From the NCBI RefSeq assembly GCF_009914755.1, contig NC_060937.1: DNA of 64,000 nucleotides, one strand, 5' to 3'. Source of the stretch: the human T2T-CHM13v2.0 reference genome, Homo sapiens. The position numbers and the translations under genes are program-made. Below, piece after piece: positions 42,101 through 59,000 of this stretch; the first letter of the stretch is position 1, and each line of letters begins with the position of its first letter. The notes below the pieces were generated by a model. The model was not told where the DNA came from. It made no database searches and saw nothing but the letters and a program-made list of their open reading frames with translations.

Positions 42101-44945
42101 AAAGTACATCAAATATATATTTTATTCTGTACATAAAATATCAAAGTACACCAGATATATATTCTATAGTGTACATAAAATATCAAAGTACCCAAACTAT
42201 ACATTATATACTGTACATAAAATATGAAATTTCATCAAATATATATTAGGTACATAAAATATGAAAGTACATCAAATATAGATTATATACTGTACATAAA
42301 ATATCAAAGTACCCCAAATATATATTATATACTGTACATGAAATATCAAAGTTCACAAAATATATATTATATACTGTACATAAAATATCAAAGTACCCAA
42401 GGTATATATTCTATCCTGTACAAAAAATATCAAAGTACCCAAGCATGTATTATATACTGTATATAAAATATGAAAGTACATCAAATATATATTTTATTCT
42501 GTACATAAAATATCAAAGTACACCAGATATATATTCTATAGTGTACATAAAATAACAAAGTACACAAACTATAAATTATATGCTGTACATAAAATATGAA
42601 ATTACATCAAATATATATTAGGTACATAAAATATGAAAGTACATCAAATATAGATTATATACTGTACAAAAAATATCAATGTACCCCAAATATATATTTT
42701 ATACTCTACATGAAATATCAAAGTTCACAAACCATATATTATATACTGTACATAAAATATCAAAGTACAAAAGGTATATATTCTATACTGTAGAAAAAAT
42801 AACAAAGTACCCATAGCATGTATTATATACTGTACATAAAATATGAAAGTACATCAAATATATATTTTATTCTGTACATAAAATATCAAAGTACACCAGA
42901 TATATATTCTATAGTGTACATAAAATATCAAAGTACCCAAACTACAAATTATATACTTTACATAAAATATGAAATTACATCAAATATATATTAGGTACGT
43001 AAAATATGAATGTACATCAAATATAGATTATATACTGTACATAAAATATCAAAGTACCCCAAATATATATTATATACTGTACATGAAATATCAAACTTCA
43101 CAAACTATATATTATATACTGTACATAAAATATCAAAGTACCCAAGGTATATATTCTATACTGTACAAAAAATATCAAAGTACCCAAAGCATGTATTATA
43201 TACTCTACATAAAATATGAAAGTACATCAAATATATATTTTATTCTGTACATAAAATATCAAAGTACACCAGATATATATTCTATAGTGTACATAAAATA
43301 TCAAAGTACCCAAACTATACATTATATACTGTACATAAAATATGAAATTACATCAAATATATATTATATTAGGTACATAAAATATGAAAGTACATCAAAT
43401 ATAGATTATATACTGTACATAAAATATCAAAGTACCCAAATATATATTATATACTCTACATGAAATATCAAAGTTCACACACTATATATTATATACTGTA
43501 CATAAAATATCAAAGTACCCAAGGTATATATTCTATACTGTACAAAAAATATCAAAGTACCCAAAGCATGTATTATATACTGTATATAAAATATGAAAGT
43601 ACATCAAATATATATTTTATTCTGTACATAAAATATCAAAGTACACCAGATATATATTCTATAGTGTACATAAAATAACAAAGTACACAAACTATACATT
43701 ATATACTGTACATAAAATATGAAATTACATCAAATATATATTAGGTACCTAAAATATGAAAGTACATCAAATATAGATTATATACTGTATATAAAATATC
43801 AATGTTCCCTAAATATATATTTTATACTCGACATGAAATATCAAAGTTCACAAACCATATATTATATACTGTACATAAAATATCAAAGTACCCAAGGTAT
43901 ATATTCTATACTGTACAAAAAATATCAAAGTACCCAAAGCATGTATTATATACTGTACATAAAATATGAAAGTACATCAAATATATATTTTATTCTGTAC
44001 ATAAAACATCTAAGTACACCAGATATATATTCTATAGTGTACATAAAATATCAAAGTACCCAAACTATACATTATATACTGTACATAAAATATGAAATTA
44101 CATCAAATATATATTAAATTAGGTACATAAAATATGAAAGTACATCAAATATAGATTATATACTGTACATTAAATACCCAAGTACCCCAAATATATATTT
44201 TATACTGTACATGAAATATCAAATTTCACAAACTATATATTATATACTGTACATAAAATATCAAAGTACCCAAGGTATATATTCTATACTGTACAAAAAA
44301 TATCAAAGTACCCAAAGCATGTATTATAAACTGTACATAAAATATGAAAGTACATCAACTATATATTTTATTCTGTACATAAAATATCAAAGTACACCAG
44401 ATATATATTCTATAGTGTACATAAAATATCAAAGTACCCAAACTATACATTATATACTGTACATAAAATATGAAATTACATCAAATATATATTATATTAG
44501 GTACATAAAATATGAAAGCACATCAAATATAGATTATATACTGTACATAAATTATCAAAGTACCCAAATATATATTATATACTCTACAGGAAATATCAAA
44601 GTTCACACACTATATATTATACACTGTACATAAAATATCAAAGTACCCTAGGTATATATTCTATACTGTACAAAAAATATCAAAGTACCCAAAGCATGTA
44701 TTATATACTGTATGTAAAATATGAAATTACATCAAATATATATTTTATTCTGTACATAAAATATCAAAGTACACCAGATATATATTCTATAGTGTACATA
44801 AAATAACAAAGTACACAAACTATAAATCATATACTGTACATAAAATATGAAATTACATCAAATATATATTAGGTACATAAAATATGAAAGTACATCAAAT
44901 ATAGATTATATACTGTACATAAAATATCAATGTACCCCAAATATA
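30190..44945 (+). repeat. Recent tandem duplication of a ~7.1-kb (about 19 HOR) block within HSat1A
   Basis: Near-identical ORF pairs at offset 7838 (30372/38210, 30661/38499, 31034/38872, 32152/39990, 32522/40360, 32895/40733), then offset 7093 (34012/41105, 34499/41592, 35131/42224, 36626/43719, 37118/44211). Many rare variants are shared. Confidence 0.9.
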
Positions 44946-47900
44946 TATTATATACTGTACATGAAATATCAAAGATCTCAAACCATATATTATATACTGT
45001 ACATAAAATATCAAAGTACCCAAGGTATATATTCTATACTGTACAAAAAATATCAAAGTACCCAAAACATGTACTATAAACTGTACATAAAATATGAAAG
45101 TACATCAAATATATATTTTATTCTGTACATAAAATATCAAAGTACACCAGATATATATTCTATAGTGTACATAAAATATCAAAGTACCCAAACTATACAT
45201 TATATACTGTACATAAAATATGAAATTACATCAAATATATATTAGGTACATAAAATATGAAAGTACATCAAATATAGATTATATACTGTACATATAATAT
45301 CAATGTACCCCAAATATGTATTTTGTACTCTACATGAAATATCAAAGTTCACAAACTATATATTATATACTGTACATAAAATATCAAAGTACCCAAGGTA
45401 TATATTCTATACTGTACAAAAAATATCAAAGTACCCAAAGCATGTATTATATACTGTACATAAAATATGAAAGTCCATCAAATATATATTTTATTCTGTA
45501 CATAAAATATCAAAGTACACCAGATATATATTCTATAGTGTACATAAAATATCAAAGTACCCAAACTATACATTATATACTGTACATAAAATATGAAATT
45601 ACATCAAATATATATTAGGTACATAAAATATGAAAGTTCATCAAATATAGATTATATACTGTACATAAAATATCAAAGTACCCAAATATATATTACATAC
45701 TCTACATGAAATATCAAAGTTCACAAACTATATATTATATACTGTACATAAAATATCAAGCTACCCAAGGTATATATTCTATACTGTACAAAAAATATCA
45801 AAGTACCCAAAGCATGTATTATAAACTGTACATAAAATATGAAAGTACGTCAAATATATATTTTATTCTGTACATAAAATATCAAAGTACACCAGATATA
45901 TATTCTATAGTGTACCTAAAATATCAAATTACCCAAACTATACATTATATACTTTACATAAAATATGAAATTACATCAAATATATATTATATTAGGTACA
46001 TAAAATATGAAAGTACATCAAATATAGATTATATACTGTACATTATATACCAAAGTATCCCAAATATATATTATATACTCTACATGAAATATCAAAGTTC
46101 ACACACTATATATTATATACTGTACATAAAATATCAAAATACCCTAGGTATATATTCTATACTGTACAAAAAATATCAAAGTACCCAAAGCATGTATTAT
46201 AAACTGTACATAAAATATGAAATTACATCAAATATATATTTTATTATGTACATAAAATATGAAAGTACACCAGATATATATTCTATAGTGTACATAAAAT
46301 AACAAAGTACACAAACTATAAATTATATACTGTACATAAAATATGAAATTACATCAAATATATATTAGGTACCTAAAATATGAAAGTACATCAAATATAG
46401 ATTATATACTGTACATAAAATATCAATGTACCCCAAATATATATTTTATACTCGACATGAAATATCAAAGTTCACAAACCATATATTATATACTGTACAT
46501 AAAATATCAAAGTACCCAAGGTATATATTCAATACTGTACAAAAAATATCAAAGTACCCAAAGCATGTATTATATACTGTACATAAAATATGAAAGTACA
46601 TCAAATATATATTTTATTCTGTACATAAAATATCAAAGTACACCAGATATATATTCTATAGTGTACTTAAAATATCAAAGTACCCAAACTATACATTATA
46701 TACTGTACATAAAATATGAAATTACATCAAATATATATTATATTAGGTACATAAAATATGAAAGTACATCAAATATAGATTATATACTGTACATTAAATA
46801 CCAAAGTACCCCAAATATATATTTTATACTGTACATGAAATATCACAGTTCACACACTATATATTATATACTGTACATAAAATATCAAAGTACCCAAGGT
46901 ATATATTCTATACTGTACAAAAAATATCAAAGTACCCAAAGCATGTATTACAAACTGTACATAAAATATGAAAGTACATCAAATATATATTTTATTCTGT
47001 ACATAAAATATCAAAGTACACCAGATATATATTCTATAGTGTACATAAAATATCAAAGTACCCAAACTATACATTATATACTGTACATAAAATATGAAAT
47101 TACATCAAATATATATTATATTAGGTACATAAAATATGAAAGTACATCAAATATAGATTATATACTGTACATAATATATCAAAGTACCCCAAATATATAT
47201 TATATACTCTACATGAAATATCAAAGTTCACAAACTATATATTATATACTGTACATAAAATATCAAAGTACCCAAGGTATATATTCTATACTGCACAAAA
47301 AAATCAAAGTACCCAAAGCATGTATTATATACTGTATTTAAAATATGAAAGTACATCAAATATATATTTTATTCTCTACATAATATATCAAAGTACACCA
47401 GATATATATTCTATAGTGTACATAAAATAACAAAGTACACAAACTATAAATTATATACTGTACATAAAATATGAAATTACATCAAAAATATATTAGGTAC
47501 ATAAAATATGAAAGTACATCAACTATAGATTATATACTGTACATAAAATATCAATGTACCCCAAATATATATTTTATACTCTACATGAAATATCAAAGTT
47601 CACAAACCATATATTATATACTGTACATAAAATATCAAAGTACCCAAGGTATGTATTCTATACTGTACAAAAAATATCAAAGAACCCAAAGCATGTATTA
47701 TATACTGTACATAAAATATGAAAGTACATCAAATATATATTTTATTCTGTACATAAAATATCAAAGTACACCAGATATATATTCTATAGTGTACATAAAA
47801 TATCAAAGTACCCAAACTATACATTATATACTGTACATAAAATATGAAATTACATCAAATATATTTTATATTAGGTACATAAAATATGAAAGTACATCAA

Positions 47901-50900
47901 ATATAGATTATATACTGTACATTAAGTACCAAAGTACCCCAAATATATATTTTATACTGTACATGAAATATCAAAGTTCACAAACTATATATTATATACT
48001 GTACATAAAATATCAAAGTACTCAAGGTATATATTCTATACTGTACAAAAAATAACAAAGTACCAAAAGCATGTATTATATACTGTACCTAAAATATGAA
48101 ATTACCTCAAATATATATTTTATTCTGTACATAAAATATCAAAGTACACCAGATATGTATTCTATAGTGTACATAAAATATCAAAGTACCCAAACTATTT
48201 ATTATATACTGTACATAAAATATGAAATTACATCAAATATATATTATATTAGGTACATAAAATATGAAAGTACATCAAATATAGATTATATGCTGTACAT
48301 TAAATACCAAAGTACCCCAAATATATATTTTATACTGTACATGAAATATCAAAGTTCACAAACTATATATTATATACTGTACATAAAATATCAAAGTACC
48401 CAAGGTATATATTCTATACTGTAAAAAAAATATCAAAGTACCCAAAGCACGTATTATATACTGTACATAAAATATGAAAGTACATCATATATATATTTTA
48501 TTCTGTACATAAAATATCAAAGTACACCAGATATATATTCTATAGTGTACATAAAATATCAAAGTACCCAAACTATACATTATATACTGTACATAAAATA
48601 TGAAATTACATCAAATATATATTAGGTACATAAAATATGAAAGTACATCAAATATAGATTATATACTGTACATAAAATAACAATGTACCCCAAATAAATA
48701 TTTTATACTCTACATGAAATATCAAAGTTCACAAACCATATCTTATAAACTGTACATAAAATATCAAAGTACCCAAGGTATATATTCTATACTGTACAAA
48801 AAATATCAAAGTACCCAAAGCATGTATTATATACTGTACATAAAATATGAAAGTACATCAAATATAGATTTTATTCTGTACATAAAATATCAAAGTACAC
48901 CAGATATATATTCTATAGTGTACATAAAATAACAAAGTACCCAAACTATACATTATATAGTGTACATAAAATTTGAAATTACATAAAATATATATTATAT
49001 TAGGTACATAAAATATGAAAGTACATCAAATATAGATTATATACTGTACATTAAATACCAAAGTACCCCAAATATATATTTTATACTGTACATGAAATAT
49101 CAAAGTTCACAAACTATATATTATATACTGTACATGTAATATCAAAGTACCCGAGGTATATATTCTATACTGTACAAAAAATAACAAAGTACCAAAAGCA
49201 TGTATTATATACTGTACATAAAATATGAAAGTACATCAAATATAGATTTTATTCTGTACATAAAATATCAAAGTACACCAGATATATATTCTATAGTGTA
49301 CATAAAATATCAAAGTACCCAAACTATACATTATATACTGTACATAAAACATGAAATTACATAAAATATATATTATATTAGGTACATAAAATATGAAAGT
49401 ATATCAAATATAGATTATATACTGTACATTAAATAGCAAAGTACCCCAAATATATATTTTATACTGTACATGAAATATCAAAGTTCACAAACTATATATT
49501 ATATACTGTACATGTAATATCAAAGTTCCCGAGGTATATATTCTATACTGTACAAAAAATAACAAAGTACCAAAAGCACGTATTATATACTGTACCTAAA
49601 ATATGAAAGTACATCAAATATATATTTTATTCTGTACATAAAATATCAAAGTACAACAGATATATATTCTATAGTGTACATAAAATATCAAAGTACCCAA
49701 ACTATACATTATATACTGTACATAAAATATGAAATTACATCAAATATATATTAGGTACATAAAATATGAAAGTACATCAAATATAGATTATATACTGTAC
49801 ATAAAATATCAAAGTACCCCAAATATATATTATATACTGTACATGAAATATCAAAGTTCACAAACTATATATTATATACTGTACATAAAATATCAAGGTA
49901 CCCAAGGTATATATTCTATACTGTACAAAAAATATCAAAGTACCCAAAGCATGTATTATATACTGTACATAAAATATGAAAGTACATCAAATATATATTT
50001 TATTCTGTACATAAAATATCAAGGTACACCAGATATATATTCTATAGTGTACATAAAATAGCAAAGTACACAAACTATCCATTATATACTGTACATAAAA
50101 TATGAAATTACATCAAATATATATTATATTAGGTACATAAAATATGAAAGTACATCAAATATAGATTACATACTGTACAATAAATACCAAAGTACCCCGA
50201 ATATATATTTTATACTGTACATGAAATATCAAAGTTCACACACTATATATTATATACTGTATATAAAATATCAAAGTACCCAAGTTATATATTCTATACT
50301 GTACAAAAAATATCAAAGTACCCAAAGCATGTATTATATACTGTACTTAAAATAGGAAAGTACATCAAATATATATTTTATTCTGTACATAATGTATCAA
50401 AGTACACCAGACATATATTCTATAGAGTACATAAAATATCAAAGTACCCAAACTATACATTATATACTGTACATAAAATATGAAATTACATCAAATATAT
50501 ATTATATTAGGTACATAAAACATGAAAGTACATCAAATATAGATTATATACTGTACATTAAATACGAAAGTACCCCAAATATATATTTTATACTGTACAT
50601 GAAATATCACAGTTCACACACTATATATTATATACTGTACATAAAATATCAAAGTACCCAAGGTATATATTCTATACTGTACAAAAAATATCAAAGTATC
50701 CAAAGCATGTATTACAAACTGTACATAAAATATGAAAGTACATCAAATATATATTTTATTCTGTACATAAAATATCAAAGTACACCAGATATATATTCTA
50801 TAGTGTACATAAAATATCAAAGTACCCAAACTACACATTATATACTGTACATAAAATATGAAATTACCTCAAATATATATTATATTAGGTACATAAAATA

Positions 50901-53039
50901 TGAAAGTACATCAAATATAGATTATATACTGTACATAATATATCAAAGTACCCCAAATATATATTATATACTCTACATGAAATATCAAAGTTCACAAACT
51001 ATATATTATAGACTGTACATAAAATATCAAAGTGCCCAAGGTATATATTCTATACTGCACAAAAAAATCAAAGTACCCAAAGCATGTATTATATACTGTA
51101 TTTAAAATATGAAAGTACATCAAATATATATTTTATTCTCTACAAAATATATGAAAGTACACCAGATATATATTCTATAGTGTACATAAAATAACAAAGT
51201 ACACAAACTATAAATTATATACTGTACATAAAATATGAAATTACATCAAAATTATATTAGGTACATAAAATATGAAAGTACATCAAATATAGATTATATA
51301 CTGTACATAAAATATCAATGTACCCCAAATATATATTTTTTACTCTACATGAAATATCAAAGTTCACAAACCATATATTGTATACTGTACATAAAATATC
51401 AAAGTACCCAAGGTATGTATTCTATACTGTACAAAAAATATCAAAGAACCCAAAGCATGTATTATATACTGTACATAAAATATGAAAGTACATCAAATAT
51501 ATATTTTATTCTGTACATAAAATATCAAAGTACACCAGATATATATTCTATAGTGTACATAAAATATCAAACTACACAAACTATACATTATATACTGTAC
51601 ATAAAATATGAAATTACATCAAATATATATTAGGTACATAAAATATGAAAGTACATCAAATATAGATTATATACTGTACATAAAATATCAAAGTACCCCA
51701 AATATATATTATATACTGTACATGAAATATCAAAGTTCACAAACTATATATTATATATTGTACATAAAATATCAAAGTACCCAAGGTATATATTCTATAC
51801 TGTACAAAAAATATCAAAGTACCCAAAGCATGGATCATATACTGTATATAAAATATGAAAGTACATTAAATATATATTTTATTCTGTACATAAAATATCA
51901 AAGTACACCGTATATATATTCTATAGTGTACATAAAATAACAAAGTACACAAACTATAAATTATATACTGTACATAAAATATGAAATTACATCAAATATA
52001 TATTAGGTACATAAAATATGAAAGTACATCAAATATAGATTTTATACTGTACATAAAATATCAAAGTACCCCAAATATATATTATATACTGTACATGAAA
52101 TATCAAAGTTCACAAACTATATATTATATACTGTACATAAAATATCAAAGTACCCAAGGTATATATTCTATACTGTACAAAAAATATCAAAGTACCCAAA
52201 GCATGTATTATATACTGTACATAAAGTACGAAAGTACATCAAATATATATTTTATTCTGTACATAAAATATCAAGGTACACCAGATATATATTCTATAGT
52301 GTACATAAAATATCAAAGTACCCAAACTATAAATTATATACTGTACATAAAATATGAAATTACATCAAATATATATTATATTTGGTACATAAAATATGAA
52401 AGTACATCAAATATAGATTATATACTCTACCTTAAATACCAAAATACCCCAAATATATATTTTATACTGTACATGAAATATCAAAGTTCACAAACTATAT
52501 ATTATGTACTGTACATAAAATATCAAAGTACCCAAGGTATATATTCTATACTGTACAAAATATATCAAAGTACCCAAAGCATGTATTATATACTGTACAT
52601 AAAATATGAAAGTACATCATATATATATTTTATTCTGTACATAAAATATCAAAGTACACCAGATATATATTCTATAGTGTACAGAAAATATCAAAGTACA
52701 GAAACTATACATTATATACTGTACATTAAATATGAAATTACATCAAATATATATTAAGTACATAAAATATGAAAGTACATCAAATATAGATTATATACTG
52801 TACATAAAATATCAATGTACCCCAAATATATATTTTATACTCTACATGAAATATCAAAGTTCACACACTATATATTATATACTGTACATAAAATATCAAA
52901 GTACCCAAGGTATATATTCTATACTGTACAAAAAATATCTAAGTACCCAAAGCATGTATTATATACTGTATATAAAATATGAAAGTACATCAAATATATA
53001 TTTTATTCTGTAAATAAAATATCAAAGTACACCAGATAT

Positions 53040-56000
53040 ATATTCTATAGTGTACATAAAATATCAAAGTACCCAAAATATACATTATATACTGTACATA
53101 AAATATGAAATTGCAACAAATATATATTAGGTACATAAAATATGAAAGTACATCAAATATAGATTATATACTGTACATTAAATACCAAAGTACCCCAAAT
53201 ATATATTTTATACTGTACATGAAATATCAAAGTTCACAAACTATATATTATATACTGTACATATAATATCCAAGTACCCAAGGTATATATTCTATACTGT
53301 ACAAAGTAACAAAGTAACAAAAGCATGTATTATATACTGTACCTAAAACATGAAAGTACATCAAATATATATTTTATTCTGTACATAAATTATCAAACTA
53401 CACCAGATATATATTCTATAGTGTACATAAAATAACAAAGTACACAAACTATAAATTATATACTGTATATAAAATATGAAATTACATCAAATATATATTA
53501 GGTACAAAAATATGAAAGTACATAAAATATAGATTATATACTGTACATAAAATATCAATGTACCCCAAATATATATTTTATACTCTACATGAAATATCAA
53601 AGTTCACAAACCATATATTATATACTGTACATAAAATATCAAAGTACCCAAGGTATATATACTATACTGTACAAAAAATATCAAAGTACCCAAAGCATGT
53701 ATTATATACTGTACATAAAATATGAAAGTACATCAAATATATATTTTATTCTTTACATAAAATATCAAAGTACACCAGATATATATTCTATAGTGTACAT
53801 AAAATATCAAAGTTCCCAAACTATACATTATATACTGTACATAAAATATGAAATTACATCAAATATATATTATATTAGGTACATAAAATATGAAAGTACA
53901 TCAAATATAGATTATATACTGTACATAATATATCAAAGTACCCCAAATATATATTATATACTATACATGAAATATCAAAGTTCACAAACTATATATTATA
54001 TACTGTACAAAAAATATCAAAGTACCCAAGGTATATATTCTATACTGTACAAAAAATATCAAAGTACCCAAAGCATGTATTATATACTATACATAAAATA
54101 TGAAATTACATCAAATATGTATTAGGTACATAAAATATGAAAGTACATCAAATATAGATTATATACTGTACATAAAATATCAAAGTACCCCAAATATATA
54201 TTATATACTCTACATGAAATATCAAAGTTCACAAACCATATATTATATACTGTACATAAAATATCAAAGTACCCAAGGTATATATTCTATACTGCACAAA
54301 AAATATCAAAGTACCCAAAGCATGTATTATATACTGTACATAAAATATGAAAGTACATCAATTATATATTTTATTCTGTACATAAAATATCAAAGTACAA
54401 CAGATATATATTCTATAGTGTCCATAAAATAACAAAGTACCCAAACTATACATTATATACTGTACATAAAATATGAAATTACATCAAATATATATTATAT
54501 TAGGTACATAAAATATGAGATTACATCAAATATAGATTATATACTGTACATAAAATATCAAAGTACCCCAAATATATACTATATACTGTACATGAAATAT
54601 CAAAGTTCACAAACTATATATTATATACTGTACATAAGATATCAAAGTACCCAAGTTATATATTCTATACTGTACAAAAAATATCAAAGTACCCAAAGCA
54701 TGTATTATATGCTGTACATAAAATATGAAAGTACATCAAATATATATTTTATTCTGTACATAGAATATCAAAGTACACCAAATGTATATTCTATACTGTA
54801 CATAAAATATCAAAGTACCCAAACTATACATTATATACTGTACATAAAATATGAAATTAGGTCAAATATATATTATATTAGGTACATAAAATTTGAAAGT
54901 ACATCAAATATAGATTATCTATTGTACATAAAATATCAAAATACCCCAAATATACATTATATACTCTACATGAAATATCAAAATACACAAACTATATATT
55001 ATATACTGTACATAAAATATCAAAGTACCCAAGGTATGTATTCTATACTGTACAAAAAATATCAAAGTTCCCAAAGCAAGTATTATATACCGTACATAAA
55101 ATATGAAAGTACATCAAATATATATTTTATTCTGTACATGAAATATGAAAGTACACAAGATATATATTTTATAGTGTACAAAAAATATCAAAGTACCCAA
55201 AGCATGTATTATAAACTGTACATAAAATATGAAATTACATCAAATATATATTATATTAGGTACATAAAATATGAAAGTACATCAAATATAGATTATATAC
55301 TGTACATAAAATATCAAAGTACCCCAAATATATATTATATACTCTACGTGAAATATCAAAGTTCACAAACTATATATTATATACTGTACATAAAATACCA
55401 AAGTACCCAAGCTATATATTCTATACTGCACAAAAAATATCAAAGTACCCAAAGCATGTATTATATACTGTACATAAAATTTGAAAGTACATCAAATATA
55501 TATTTTATTCTGTACATAAAATATCAAAGTACACCAGATATATATTCTATAGTGTACATAAAATATCAAAGTACACAAAACTATACATTATATACTGTAC
55601 ATAAAATATGAAATTACATCAATATATATTAGGTATATAAAATATGAAAGTATATCAAATATAGATTATATACTGTACATAAAATATCAAAGTACACCAA
55701 ATATATATTATATACTCTACATGAAATATCAAAGTTCACAAACTATATATTATATACCGTACATACAATATCAAAGTACCCAAGGTATATATTCTATACT
55801 GTACAAAAAATATCAAAGTACCTAAAGCATGTATTATATACTGTATATAAAATATGAAAGTACATCAAATATATATTTTATTCTGTACATAAAAATCAAA
55901 GAACACCAGATATATATTCTATAGTGTACATAAAATAACAAAGTACACAAACTATAAATTATATACTGTACATAAAATATGAAATTACATCAAATATATA

Positions 56001-59000
56001 TTAGGTATATAAAATATGAAAGTACATCAAATATAGATTATATACTGTACATAAAATATCAATGAACCCCAAATATATATTTTATACTCTACATGAAATA
56101 TCAAAGTTCACAATCCATATATTATATACTGTACATAAAATATCAAAGTACCCAAGGTATATATTCTATACTATACAAAAAATATCAAAGTACCCAAAGC
56201 ATGTATTATATACTGTACATAAAATATGAAAGTAGATCAAATATATATTTTATTCTGTACATATAATATCAAAGTACACCAGATATATATTCTATAGTGT
56301 ACATAAAATATCAAAGTACCCAAAATATACATTATATACTGTACATAAAATATGAAATTACATCAAATATATATTAGGTACGTAAAATATGAAAGTACAT
56401 CAAATATAGATTATATACTGTACATAAAATATCAAAGTACCCCAAATATATATTATATACTCTACATGAAATATCAAAGTTCACAAACCATATATTATAT
56501 ACTGTATATAAAATATCAAAGTACCCAAGGCATATATTCTATACTGTACAAAAAATATCAAAGTACCCAAACCATGTATTATATACTGTATATAAAATAT
56601 GAAAATACATCAAATATATATTTTATTCTGTACATAAAATATCAAAGTACACCAGATATATATTCTATAGTGTACATAAAATATCAAAGTACCCAAACTA
56701 TACATTATATACTGTACATAAAATATGAGATTACATCAAATATATATTATATTAGGTACATAAAATATGAAAGTACACCAGATATAGATTATATACTGTA
56801 CATGAAATATGAAAGTTCACAAACTATATATTATATACTGTACATAAAATATCAAAGTACCCAAGGTATATATTCTATACTGTACAAAAAATATCAAAGT
56901 ACCCAAAGCATGTATTTTATACTGTACATAAAATATGAAAGTACATCAAATATATATTTTATTCTGTACATAAAATATCAAAGTACACCAGATATATATT
57001 CTATAGTGTACATAAAATAACAAAGTACACAAACTATACATTATATACTGTACATAAAATATGAAATTACATCAAATATATATTAGGTAGATAAAATATG
57101 AAAGTACATCAAATATAGGTTATATACTGTACATAAAATATCAAAGTACCCCAAATATATATTATATACTCTACATGAAATATCAAAGTTCAAAAACTAT
57201 ATATTATATACTGTACATAAAATATCAAAGTACCCAAAGTATATATTCTATACTGTACAAAAAATATCAAAGTACCCAAAGTATGTATTATATACTGTAT
57301 ATAAAATATGAAAGTACATCAAATATATATTTTATTCTGTACATAAAATATCAAAGTACACCAGATATATATTCTATAGTGTACATAAAATATCAAAGTA
57401 CCCAAAATATACATTATATACTGTACATAAAATATGAAATTGCAACAAATATATATTAGGTACATAAAATATGAAAGTACATCAAATATAGATTATATAC
57501 TGTACATTAAATACCAAAGTACCCCAAATATATATTTTATACTGTACATGAAATATCAAAGTTCACAAACTATATATTATATACTGTACATATAATATCA
57601 AAGTACCCAAGGTATATATTCTATACTGTACAAAGTAACAAAGTAACAAAAGCATGTATTATATACTGTACCTAAAACATGAAAGTACATCAAATATATA
57701 TTTTATTCTGTACATAAATTATCAAACTACACCAGATATATATTCTATAGTGTACATAAAATAACAAAGTACACAAACTATAAATTATATACTGTATATA
57801 AAATATGAAATTACATCAAATATATATTAGGTACAAAAATATGAAAGTACATAAAATATAGATTATATACTGTACATAAAATATCAATGTACCCCAAATA
57901 TATATTTTATACTCTACATGAAATATCAAAGTTCACAAACCATATATTATATACTGTACATAAAATATCAAAGTACCCAAGGTATATATACTATACTGTA
58001 CAAAAAATATCAAAGTACCCAAAGCATGTATTATATACTGTACATAAAATATGAAAGTACATCAAATATATATTTTATTCTTTACATAAAATATCAAAGT
58101 ACACCAGATATATATTCTATAGTGTACATAAAATATCAAAGTTCCCAAACTATACATTATATACTGTACATAAAATATGAAATTACATCAAATATATATT
58201 ATATTAGGTACATAAAATATGAAAGTACATCAAATATAGATTATATACTGTACATAATATATCAAAGTACCCCAAATATATATTATATACTCTACGTGAA
58301 ATATCAAAGTTCACATACTATATATTATATACTGTACATAAAATACCAAAGTACCCAAGCTATATATTCTATACTGCACAAAAAATATCAAAGTACCCAA
58401 AGCATGTATTATAAACTGTACATAAAATATGAAAGTACATCAAATATATATTTTATTCTGTACATAAAATATCAAAGTACACCAGATATATATTCTATAG
58501 TGTACATAAAATATCAAAGTACACAAAACTATACATTATGTACTGTACATAAAATATGAAATTACATCAATATATATTAGGTACATAAAACATGAAAGTA
58601 CATCAAATATAGATTATATACTGTACATAAAATATCAAAGTACCCCAAATATATATTATATACTCTACATGAAATATCAAAGTTCACAAACTATATATTA
58701 TATACCGTACATAAAATATCAAAGTACCCAAGGTATATATTCTATACTGTACAAAAAATATCAAAGTACCTAAAGCATGTATTATATACTGTATATAAAA
58801 TATGAAAGTACATCAAATATATATTTTATTCTGTACATAAAAATCAAAGTACACCAGATATATATTCTATAGTGTACATAAAATAACAAAGTACACAAAC
58901 TATAAATTATATACTGTACATAAAATATGAAATTACATCAAATATATATTAGGTACATAAAATATGAAAGTACATCAAATATAGATTATATACTGTACAT

